DNA of 64,000 bases. It comes from an uncultured virus (IMG/VR IMGVR_UViG_3300042691_054280). Taxonomy: Duplodnaviria > Heunggongvirae > Uroviricota > Caudoviricetes > Crassvirales. Shown here piece after piece: positions 20,301 through 27,626 of the stretch. The stretch lies in the IMG/VR virus record IMGVR_UViG_3300042691_054280; one strand, 5' to 3'. Each line of letters begins with the position of its first letter. Position 1 is the stretch's first letter. A program made the translations under genes and the position numbers. Below the pieces are notes generated by a model. The model searched no databases and had not been told where the DNA came from. It was given only the letters and a program-made list of their open reading frames with translations.

Positions 20301-21564
20301 CCTGCTCTTCTTCGGAGAGGCTCGTATAATCCACACTCGTAAGCTTTCCCTTGCTGTCAACGATTTTGATGCCGGCTTCAGACTTGAGTTTCCATTTTAG
20401 GATCTCTCTCCATCCGTACGTAATGACATTTCCTGTTTTGGGCTCAATGGTGCTATTCCAGTTTTTGTAGAAGTCGAAGAATACGGCCCGGCGCGTTTGA
20501 TGTTCTCCTAATGCAGCAGTTGCTTTAAGCCTGGTAAAAGCTTCAAGTACTTTAGCTCCGTCTTCTTTAGAACGAGTTGTGATGTATGCATTCTCAGCAT
20601 TGAACAACTCTACCAATTCTTCTGAAGTAAGCTCCCTTCCGTCTGTAGATTTGTAAATCCTTGAAAGAGCCCCTTCTGCAATCAGTCCTTTAGTTGTAGA
20701 ATTTCCGAGAAGTTTTGCTGCTATTTCCGTTTCGTTACCGGTGCGCTCAAGATATTTCTTAGTGTCCATGAAGTATGTGAACACTGACATTGCAGCCTCT
20801 TGGAATTCTTTTTCCTTGTAGTCTTGTCGATACATGAAGGCTTTGTCAGTTCCCACGAACTGTTCCGGGTTACGAAACACACCTTTTGAGATAAAGGACT
20901 TGTTCATTCGTCCGGACTCGATCAAACTATACACTTGACGCAATGACCGTTTGTCAGAGAACATTGCTTTTATCCAATTCCATAAATCCTTGAACCACTT
21001 GGCAATCTTTTTTGGAAGAGATTTTTCAGAAGCTTGCTCTGAAAGAACATATTCCCGAAATTGTTCAGCCATACGTTCTTCCAGCACCAAGTTTGAAGCT
21101 TCAGCATCAGTGATATTTGGAAAAGCCTTTCGAACTTTTGTCAGTTCTTCCGCTGTCGGCGTTCCGAGTTTAGATGCCTCGGTATAAAGCTGATCACGTT
21201 CTTCGTTTGAGAGCATTGTACGAAACACCAAGTGGTAAGCTTCGTGATACTCGGTTCCAATTTCGGCTGCACTCCAAAGATGTACAGCTGCATTCTCTAC
21301 ATATCCGTGTACTTCTTCGTCTCCGATCTTTTGAGCAGCGTCAAAAAACTGCACACTTTTTCCAGGAAACCTTGACTCAAGCCAAGTTTTTGCTTCGTAC
21401 ACTCGAGCTTTACGACGTTCTTCCGGATCAACTTCTAAAGGCGCCGTAAAATATTTGTTCGGGACCACCCCTTTGTACAAATTCCACAATGCATAGGCAT
21501 TGGTTTTTCCCTGCATTGCTACAAGGTCTTTCCACTCTTGAGTATTTACGTTTGGACAAAACAT
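14386..21564 (-). CDS. virion-encapsidated two-barrel RNA polymerase (crAss-like vRNAP) with N-terminal zincin-like domain
   Basis: 2392 aa; YRIPNQ and catalytic GSDFDVDKLF (DxDxD) motifs near 16630-16770; N-terminal YHEAYH..F and EE.MAEQF zincin motifs. Confidence 0.9.
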   Translation of the reverse strand: MFCPNVNTQEWKDLVAMQGKTNAYALWNLYKGVVPNKYFTAPLEVDPEERRKARVYEAKTWLESRFPGKSVQFFDAAQKIGDEEVHGYVENAAVHLWSAAEIGTEYHEAYHLVFRTMLSNEERDQLYTEASKLGTPTAEELTKVRKAFPNITDAEASNLVLEERMAEQFREYVLSEQASEKSLPKKIAKWFKDLWNWIKAMFSDKRSLRQVYSLIESGRMNKSFISKGVFRNPEQFVGTDKAFMYRQDYKEKEFQEAAMSVFTYFMDTKKYLERTGNETEIAAKLLGNSTTKGLIAEGALSRIYKSTDGRELTSEELVELFNAENAYITTRSKEDGAKVLEAFTRLKATAALGEHQTRRAVFFDFYKNWNSTIEPKTGNVITYGWREILKWKLKSEAGIKIVDSKGKLTSVDYTSLSEEEQEELDTIMDSTDEALVKIYGKSALEDSPAKRLTGKVKQLLSTIKSTAPNFIGDYTYMDKDFVYKSLLNIFSEKASFAQMLAALENTVRHRPELQPVLDFMNKLSSPEQAMIYNAFALATTEFLFMRSRETNGKSYVDVFNPNRTSIEERTINKWRQDLIAATDVSSTSLYTERTLDDKTQTLSLSIRKEKLTQIIEKFRELEKRVLNVDTRAGKPAVKGDQVHEYSKLIGDIMWDLGLYIGDNILPNDTYLSIQKIVNAGYVQYDAKNNRRVYDGFDAIVQLGLMMVPIIKSIGKFEGESRFSRLGELKNVAAGGQDYVTSKRGHMLELASIFSPVMAITGQSFVNVEGKQINPTNLQSHMLEIAVGIKRRDEELLNIYRTDPFFSALGIPKYQSIMLRHMLQSPEFMDNFGVRDFDGFRDGEMPDDATTYEDMNALDSYIIRLNGFINNGFREGISYIAVPIQSDRSKYSFIATPNVLGNAFKLQDTRQDDLVIAQIVQDMLRIAEAKRTVREAIKTNDYSNLLHNYHYSGSVIDFQNTSKEEIVNRLIKDSVFTGNAFKNDFLQFTAKDKNGAQIVTDVELTKDSMGGKRLSDVIEDYAKGKLDKKSAEMIDAMLKNMAAGMNEYFEQKATEILELLKRNPEDQNLSRVSFASVPNLKQEELVKAFVVQETIMRNEIVKLFRGNRALSKNLVDFYKRMGHLTTPGSKYAIQGELADSTDPYGMMPTFTEATFKDVKLDYNIAQKERVNRAAEDMRLGLIASGVPAEKAKTISDKYKASEFESTDAMSYINLTMYRGLMMGEGNWDMKIHEPAYQAYMKGETDEFVYQEGAAPAGNKAGDAIPLYPIKTYYEKLQLVKNTAAVVSEKNSYSVLIRSYTKNYPAMNDFLSRMEATGVYAGLQPINVTNFVSGKKLAKKNVATIPGELGKLDTLQLNINSARGLRKPQSIPEMKGSPKVTLNRQIKKNMVSNVQDGTVYEYNPGLGFSTQISGADLKRLYHAAIEAKIDKDIKGVEKRLKLDYLEQLKKEGSVYTAEDLKKAQNEILKTIRQILEQNIYDSDLSAGYLQALNFEVDETGKLRFAMPLDLPVYAKKYESIIMAILQNEVFKQNVKGFEAVQVAQIGGHATSNELQFYRVDVKGKRLLHAEVEIREDVARKFGIQPGQNLDEVPEELRRIIGYRIPNQDKASSVALVVKRILPANYAKAIVVPGQLIKLMGSDFDVDKLFLMFPEVETDENDNLKKVVPNYPALINGQLKVSSLSTAELNNVILDTMEAVLVNQAHFVEALSPLDDVTLRSEVERVRKAIPEFNTALDWNDPATETNIMLRNQAGNKLRGVYANIIAGRNVAIHGVVNLNEDYAIKIEQPDGSTTTYKTYREHTKEGIPTDKVGSLFLSAAVDAGKEPLQLELNDNLITVPVRALFIAYHDEYGSETCTNLLNQPAVRLMVKIIEEKYGGDLRHITKAFNAAKGMIAKDTHRAEAANLDGKKSVSMKPGELENLGQDLAARNTMEQLNMLNNFYAFYRAGRQLLNLYKRITPDSMDGLNRISNIQSYADRDRQFTSLLNEDGTVKQLAMFTTNNPAENVVSQFIGENSVFGLERGYEKLMSKAMEVASYYFPMRTSPAFGMFKSRIMELAGKTELTPEMHELIDSNIVFLLMIRPDSPFYRYTNEQYAIEMYTDSKSNLGTYMATMKATYPLLKGNKFISNFEQVVDPSNSLYSVKFNSVEGMSRPEKDAYTAAITTLLFNPKLYVNMPDSMKTMTNGKFDNPEVEKATREIKRLGIALVMHNFLTNAFRKSPSSFTDLIPPEFFHIKQTLDDGSQISISEYLHNMASQMQDENFFTSEDLLTFMQMFGPMKAAGRPLLSRANSKVYSPEATTELLLSNYEPVIMVTNRKTKKWGIFIKGPSGKDGRNLYLPVQSYFTGKAIYAVPAITAEPRAERSYHVTMVQDMIQNSLKPRYIKNLPISGCK

Positions 21565-21579
21565 GCGATCGCGGAAATT

Positions 21580-24500
21580 TTATGAGTTACAATTCTTTTC
21601 AGCTTGCTCTCCAAGCTTTTTCATCATGTCAGCAAATGTAGTAGGTCTTTGCCCGTCAGGACCTCTTTCTTCATCTAGCATCAGCCCGGCTTCTCGGTCA
21701 AGTCTTGCAATTTCTGCAGGATCTGTGATTATTTTGGCTGCTAGGAAAGCAGGTAATCCAGTTCCTAGATCACTACTTACACTTGCAGGTTTAGAAGGTG
21801 CCGGCATTTCAGTATTACCAGTGTTAGCCAATAACTCAAAAATTGCATTTGCGTCTGTCGGAACACCAGTGTCATTTGCAAGCTTAGTTCCTTCTTCAAC
21901 TGGGATGGTAGGAGCAGCTTCTATAACTGTACTACTTGAAGGTGCAGGTACTCTTCCTTCTCGTGCAGCTGCTTCTTCAGCATCAAGTAGGGCACGTAAA
22001 TCTGGAGGTAAATCTTCGGCAGAGCGTCCAAATTCGGAAGAATTACTTTTTTGCCTCTCAACAGGTGCTGATTCCCAAGGAGCAGGTGTTGCCTCAGGGG
22101 CTGGCTCCATTTGTACGTTTCTGGGCCTGTAAACATCAGCAGCTTTCTGATTGCCGCTGGTAGTGCCTGGTGATTTAAACTCAAGTCCTACATCAAAGAA
22201 TACAGATCCGGCAGTGTTTGGTGCAAAATCTGTTCTGAGGATTGCTGTAGACCCAGCTCCTTCTGTCAAATCACCGATAGTACTTTCTGCAGTCAGGTAA
22301 TCGTAGTACGTATTGAATACTTTTCCGTCAACCGGAGAAGTGTATGGTTCAGTATTAGAAAGCCGGGCAGCATCTACTTGCATCTTTTTAAGCATAGTAG
22401 CGGCACGGAATTCATTTCCGAGATTTTTGGCAATGCTTGTGTAAGCAGCTTCTCCTTCCTTCTTTACAATCTGGATTTGTTTGTAACCTTTTTCATTCAA
22501 GGCCACTTCAACAAATGAAAACATTGGTGCACCACCAAGCAGACCAAATTTCAGTTCTTCAGCGTTTATCCTTACCAGGGAATTTGCTGAAGGAGACCAG
22601 AAGGTGAAAAGTACTTTTCCGTTTGGAAGTACGTCCATGTGAATGAACTTGGCTAGATCCCCGGGAAGCGCCGCTTCTGCTTCCAAAACAGCCTCCGGTT
22701 GTAGCGCAGTATCCATGTTTTCACTTTCGTGAAGGAGTACGTTACATCCTACAATCTCTCCGTATTTGAGTGGATCCGGTTCTTCTTTTGTAATGTGATT
22801 GAAAGCTGCTGTAGCCGCCAAAGTATTCACATCTCGAGTAGAGGCTGGTAAAATTAAACCTCTTCCATCAGGCGCCTGTACCAGAATTCCGATTTGTCCA
22901 AGTGTGTTGTTACCAGGAAACTTGGAAGCATCTTGAGCAAGTTGTTCTTGTTCTGGAGCAATGATTGCCGGTTTCCAAGTCGGAAGTTGGTTTTCAATTC
23001 CCAGATACATAATGGTAGGTGTACCGTTGGCCGGAGCCATTACACTGGCAGGGTAGAAGAAAACTTGTCCGTCAGCAGTACGGGTATTGGCAATGTTACC
23101 ACCGGCACTGGTCTGAAATTTTTTCATTCCGATAACGGCCTCTACCTTCTCACCACGTTTGTGGGCGTCGTAGATCATTTTTCGGTCTTTACCCGAAGTC
23201 TGACCTGAGGACTGCAGTAATCCAATACGCTCTCCGGTCTCTTTGTTGATTACAAAGATTGGAACACTGTCTGCATGCAGTACTTCTGGAAGCGCTACCC
23301 CATTTTCTTTCCACCAATCAGTGTCTTCACGAACTTCAAACACTACAATTGTACCTGGCTTTGCATATTCCGGGTCACTCAGTTTCTCCGGGTGAGTTTC
23401 TATCGGAGTACCGTTTACAGTTTGCAATACAAGATTGTTAGCTGTAGGAGCTTGCGTTTCAGGGTCAACGATTACGTTGAAATTCTCATTTGTAAGTAGC
23501 TCTCCTTTGGTAAGACGAATATCCATTGCCGTTCCATCCGGAATAGTTTGAATTACTGGCGCAGGACCAATTACTGGTACAATGGGACTAGGCAATATTG
23601 GCGGTTCTACATTTTGTCGCTGCTCTGCAAGTTGCGCAGTTTGTCTACGCTGTTCTTCAATCGCAGCTACATCTTCTGCAGTTAAGGTTGCAGCCACTTC
23701 TTCTGGAGCAGACTGGCTTCCAGGATCGAGATCTTTTCCTGCAGTGACTTCTCCTTCAGTTTGGCTTGGAGCTCCTGAGGGATCTGTTTGCTCTTGGAGA
23801 AGTCTTTGAGATTCATCATACTCATTTTCTACTCGGGTTAAAAGGTTTTTACGTTTGGTGATTTTTGCTTTGAGCGCTCCTCGTTTCCGATTGAGCGTTT
23901 TAAGCGCGGCACGTGCAGCATCGATATCCTGGTTTGGATATTTGCCGTTTATGATGTCTTGGTATACTTTCTGAAGTTCATCAGTTTCTGCCAATTCATT
24001 TTGTAGAGCTTCAATTTCAGGATCGATGCTGGAATGTAAAAGTGATACGTCAGTGTCTTGAACTTCAGCACTCATTTCTTCTTTGGCCGGCTCAGACAAA
24101 TCTGTGGTAGCATCACGCTTTCTTGCAGCTAACTCTTTGATTTTCTTTTTCAAGAGTTGACCTATTCTTTTCCTGAGTTCTTTAAGCTCTACAATTGAAG
24201 GATCTTTCTCAAACTCAGCTTTTGAAAAACCGGCTTCCATGGCCAGCTGCCTTTCACTAGCCATTATTTCTTCGAGCTCTATAAGATCTTGCTTGAGTAT
24301 TTCTACTTGGGCACGAAGTTGCTCTGAAGTGAGTCCTGCAGTTTTAGACATTTGCATGTCTTCAAGCCTTTGGTCTTCTTCAGTTACAACAGAAGTTTCG
24401 GCAATTTCAATAGCAGCAAAGTCTTCTTTGAGTGCTGTAGCTTTGATTGCTTGTTCTTCTTTTGCTTCAGCCACAGACACCCCAGCAGAAGTCCTTGTAG

Positions 24501-27500
24501 AGTTGGCCTGCAGAAGCAAAATGTAAGTCACCAGATCTATGAAAGCATTGTCTTCTTCCAGAGTGTCTACCGTACGACTGAGTTTTCTGGCGTCTTCCCA
24601 CTCCAGGGTTGGAGGATTTGGATTTTTTGTATGGTTTTCTGAATTTCTTGGATCAAGCAGTTTCCATGTAATTACATTACCGGTCTGCATGTCAATAAGA
24701 CGAAGTCCTGTTCTTACTCGAACGTCTACTTGCCCTTTTACTGCGACACCTTCATACAGGATAGCGTCAAGAGGATCACTTTCAGGATCTACGGTATACC
24801 AGCGGTCTTTCCATTTAAAAGATGTTCCGGAATCACTTACTGTCAGCCCGTTTGCAACAGTTAGCTCAGCCCAACTCAAATCATCGGCAGTTACTACTTT
24901 GGTTGTAGCCGGATCAATTTCTTGAGTTGGAGATCCTTCTACCGTTCTTTCAAATTTTGATTGCTCTGCTTTGGCTTCTTCCTTACGAATTTGAAGCCTT
25001 TCGTAAGCAGCTCTTTCAGTAGGAGTCAGCGTATCTGGATCCAGTCCGTCAAATTCTTCATCTGTAAGCGCTGTGAATTTTTCTTCTGCAGCACGCTCTT
25101 CTTTTTCCAGCCGATCTCGTTTTTCTGATGCAGCCAGTTTGTCTTCTTCAGAAGCTCCTTCTGGAAATGCTGAATTCAGTTCATCTGCAGTTTCAGCATT
25201 TGCAATTGCTGCCTCTGCTGCTTTTTTAGTAGCATCATTTTTCAATGCCTCCCGGGCAGCAAGCTCAGCTTCGACAAAGAGGTCCATTTTTTCAGGAGAC
25301 GCCATCATGCTGTTAAAGGCCTCCAGTGTACTTGCCCGACGCATGGCAAGATTGCTGATGTTTTTCAGCTTCTTGGACAACTCAATAGCATCAAGTGGAT
25401 TAAGGACATACATTGCCTTAATCACTTCGTCCATCTGTTGTCCGGCTTTATCACTCCATTTTCCGCGGACCTCTGGAGAGATAGTAATGTTGCCGGCTTC
25501 GTTAAGAGCTACGTTTCCGAGCTTGATTTCAACTGCCAGATCTTCGACAGGAATTTTTGCCAACTCCGGAGCTACCTTCAAAACGTCAGTAATGGCAGCA
25601 TCCAGCTGTTCATCAATCACATCTACGTCAAGCATTTGCTCGGTGAGAATAGTAGCGTACGTTCTCCGAGCCATGTCTTCAAACTGACGCATGCGTTCTG
25701 TCTCAGGACTGCCTTTCAGAATAGCCCGGGCAAGGACTGACTGGCCTTGTGGTCTGGCATTTCTCAGAATTTCCTCAACTTGCTCACGGCGCTTGACAGT
25801 TTTTTGAAGCCTATCTTTTACATCCTGGACAAGGGCAGATTGTGACTTTCCGGTCTGCTCTTCCAGAGTTTTGTTCATGTCATATCCCCAGCGTTTTTTG
25901 AACTCAGTCTCATCCATGAGCTGGAGATCATCAAGAGCTTCCATGGCATAATCCAGGGCTCCGGCGGAACGGAAGCGTTCGGCTTCGTTGGCAATCAGTC
26001 TGAATCGAAACTGTTCAGCTTTCAACATGTCTCCGGCTTCGATGGCTTTGTTCATGCCGGAAAGAAGCTGAAGATTACGTTCACTCTTTTCGAGGTTTTC
26101 GAGAACGTTAGAGAATGCTCCTGAGTTCAGGATCTCAATTGTCTTTGCAGTATTGGCACTTTTTTGCGCCAGTAGCTTCTTTTCTGCCCCGGCCAATCTG
26201 GATACGGCTCCGGTACCACCACCAATGAGTGCACCAATAAGCATGCTTTCCAGACCTTCCTTACTTCCAAATGTGGCAGAGAGACCTTCACCCATTGATT
26301 TGATCAGATCTCCATGGCCATCCATGTAATCTGAGAAATAATCGATCGATCCTTCGGACGCTGCAAATTGAGTTCCCTCTTGAAAGCTTTCACTTAATGC
26401 ATTCTTTGCTGGTTTTCCAAAGATGCGTTGTGACTTTACAATGGCTTTTCCAAACCCTGAATTTGGAAGCGCCTCTTGCCAAGTAGTCCCAATTTTTTTG
26501 ATTGGGTTAATACGGGCTTCGGCAATTGGTGCACGTTTAAGAAGCATGCCACCAAAAGAGATCATGTTGGTAGCCGCAAGTACCGGAAGGTTGATTGCAA
26601 AAACTGCATTACCGGCAGCTTCAGCATTTTTCTGAATGTCTTCGTATACGTCTGTCGGAATGCTTTGGCCAGGATTGTTTGCTTGCCATTCAGCTTCTTT
26701 TTCTTCAACAAAACGGCGCTTAGTTTCCCGGGCCTCAACAGAAGCCTCTGCCAATGACATTTGAACACCTGTCATCAGGTTCTGCCCGGCCGTCATTACA
26801 CGACCTTTCCACATTGCAGCATCAAGACCAGAGTCAACCACAGAAGCGACGTTCTTTCCATTCTTCCCCATCTGCATTACCTTGATGGCTTTGTACAGAT
26901 TGGCAGCACGACTTCCTTTTTCTACTGCTGCTGCAGTTGTAAGCGCTGTTTCAGTGGCTGCAAGTTTTCCGACAGTACCCACTTTAGAAGCTACCGATGC
27001 AGATCCCACACCAGCAGTAAGCCAGGCAGTAGCTAAAGAACCGATCGTATATCCGAGGCCGTTGGCAAATTTGTCTGCCCAGAAATTGGCAGTTCCGAGG
27101 TTGCTCAGCAGACTGCCTTGGATTTCTCCTTGAGTGTAATAATTGGGCATTGTTTCCTGAGCCCATGCATTCATATCATCCAGAGCGTTACCAAGAGCGT
27201 TGTCATAGTAACTACCTCCAGTGGCCAAAGAACCAAGTCCAAACAGAACTCCGACTGTGTTTTCAGTAAAAGCTCCGAAAGCAGTAAGTCCGGCTTTGGT
27301 CAAACCATTGGTCCATTTTTCAAACGTGGACTGATTCTGAGCACGCTGCTCATTCCAGTCTGAAAACGGATTCAATCGTACACCGTACTCTCGATAATTT
27401 TCTATCGGTTCCGGATAAACTGCAGACAGATCTATTTGCCTGGAAGCAATTTCTCCAGGAGAAAAGAAGTTTGGATTCTGAGTAAGATTGATTTTCTTAC

Positions 27501-27624
27501 CAGTATATTCTTCAAGCTGTGTTACAAATGGCTTCTCTTTCGGAGGTTGCACTTTGTCAACTGGCAGTCCCGTGTAATCAGACAGCGACAGCAAAAAGTC
27601 CGGAGTTGTAGTTTTTTCACTCAT
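21580..27624 (-). CDS. giant virion cargo/ejection protein with hydrophobic Gly/Ala-rich segments
   Basis: 2014 aa; N-terminal third has several TM-like segments (e.g. LESMLIGALIGGGTG); long coiled coils; lies before the vRNAP gene. Confidence 0.7.
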   Translation of the reverse strand: MSEKTTTPDFLLSLSDYTGLPVDKVQPPKEKPFVTQLEEYTGKKINLTQNPNFFSPGEIASRQIDLSAVYPEPIENYREYGVRLNPFSDWNEQRAQNQSTFEKWTNGLTKAGLTAFGAFTENTVGVLFGLGSLATGGSYYDNALGNALDDMNAWAQETMPNYYTQGEIQGSLLSNLGTANFWADKFANGLGYTIGSLATAWLTAGVGSASVASKVGTVGKLAATETALTTAAAVEKGSRAANLYKAIKVMQMGKNGKNVASVVDSGLDAAMWKGRVMTAGQNLMTGVQMSLAEASVEARETKRRFVEEKEAEWQANNPGQSIPTDVYEDIQKNAEAAGNAVFAINLPVLAATNMISFGGMLLKRAPIAEARINPIKKIGTTWQEALPNSGFGKAIVKSQRIFGKPAKNALSESFQEGTQFAASEGSIDYFSDYMDGHGDLIKSMGEGLSATFGSKEGLESMLIGALIGGGTGAVSRLAGAEKKLLAQKSANTAKTIEILNSGAFSNVLENLEKSERNLQLLSGMNKAIEAGDMLKAEQFRFRLIANEAERFRSAGALDYAMEALDDLQLMDETEFKKRWGYDMNKTLEEQTGKSQSALVQDVKDRLQKTVKRREQVEEILRNARPQGQSVLARAILKGSPETERMRQFEDMARRTYATILTEQMLDVDVIDEQLDAAITDVLKVAPELAKIPVEDLAVEIKLGNVALNEAGNITISPEVRGKWSDKAGQQMDEVIKAMYVLNPLDAIELSKKLKNISNLAMRRASTLEAFNSMMASPEKMDLFVEAELAAREALKNDATKKAAEAAIANAETADELNSAFPEGASEEDKLAASEKRDRLEKEERAAEEKFTALTDEEFDGLDPDTLTPTERAAYERLQIRKEEAKAEQSKFERTVEGSPTQEIDPATTKVVTADDLSWAELTVANGLTVSDSGTSFKWKDRWYTVDPESDPLDAILYEGVAVKGQVDVRVRTGLRLIDMQTGNVITWKLLDPRNSENHTKNPNPPTLEWEDARKLSRTVDTLEEDNAFIDLVTYILLLQANSTRTSAGVSVAEAKEEQAIKATALKEDFAAIEIAETSVVTEEDQRLEDMQMSKTAGLTSEQLRAQVEILKQDLIELEEIMASERQLAMEAGFSKAEFEKDPSIVELKELRKRIGQLLKKKIKELAARKRDATTDLSEPAKEEMSAEVQDTDVSLLHSSIDPEIEALQNELAETDELQKVYQDIINGKYPNQDIDAARAALKTLNRKRGALKAKITKRKNLLTRVENEYDESQRLLQEQTDPSGAPSQTEGEVTAGKDLDPGSQSAPEEVAATLTAEDVAAIEEQRRQTAQLAEQRQNVEPPILPSPIVPVIGPAPVIQTIPDGTAMDIRLTKGELLTNENFNVIVDPETQAPTANNLVLQTVNGTPIETHPEKLSDPEYAKPGTIVVFEVREDTDWWKENGVALPEVLHADSVPIFVINKETGERIGLLQSSGQTSGKDRKMIYDAHKRGEKVEAVIGMKKFQTSAGGNIANTRTADGQVFFYPASVMAPANGTPTIMYLGIENQLPTWKPAIIAPEQEQLAQDASKFPGNNTLGQIGILVQAPDGRGLILPASTRDVNTLAATAAFNHITKEEPDPLKYGEIVGCNVLLHESENMDTALQPEAVLEAEAALPGDLAKFIHMDVLPNGKVLFTFWSPSANSLVRINAEELKFGLLGGAPMFSFVEVALNEKGYKQIQIVKKEGEAAYTSIAKNLGNEFRAATMLKKMQVDAARLSNTEPYTSPVDGKVFNTYYDYLTAESTIGDLTEGAGSTAILRTDFAPNTAGSVFFDVGLEFKSPGTTSGNQKAADVYRPRNVQMEPAPEATPAPWESAPVERQKSNSSEFGRSAEDLPPDLRALLDAEEAAAREGRVPAPSSSTVIEAAPTIPVEEGTKLANDTGVPTDANAIFELLANTGNTEMPAPSKPASVSSDLGTGLPAFLAAKIITDPAEIARLDREAGLMLDEERGPDGQRPTTFADMMKKLGEQAEKNCNS

Positions 27625-27626
27625 GC

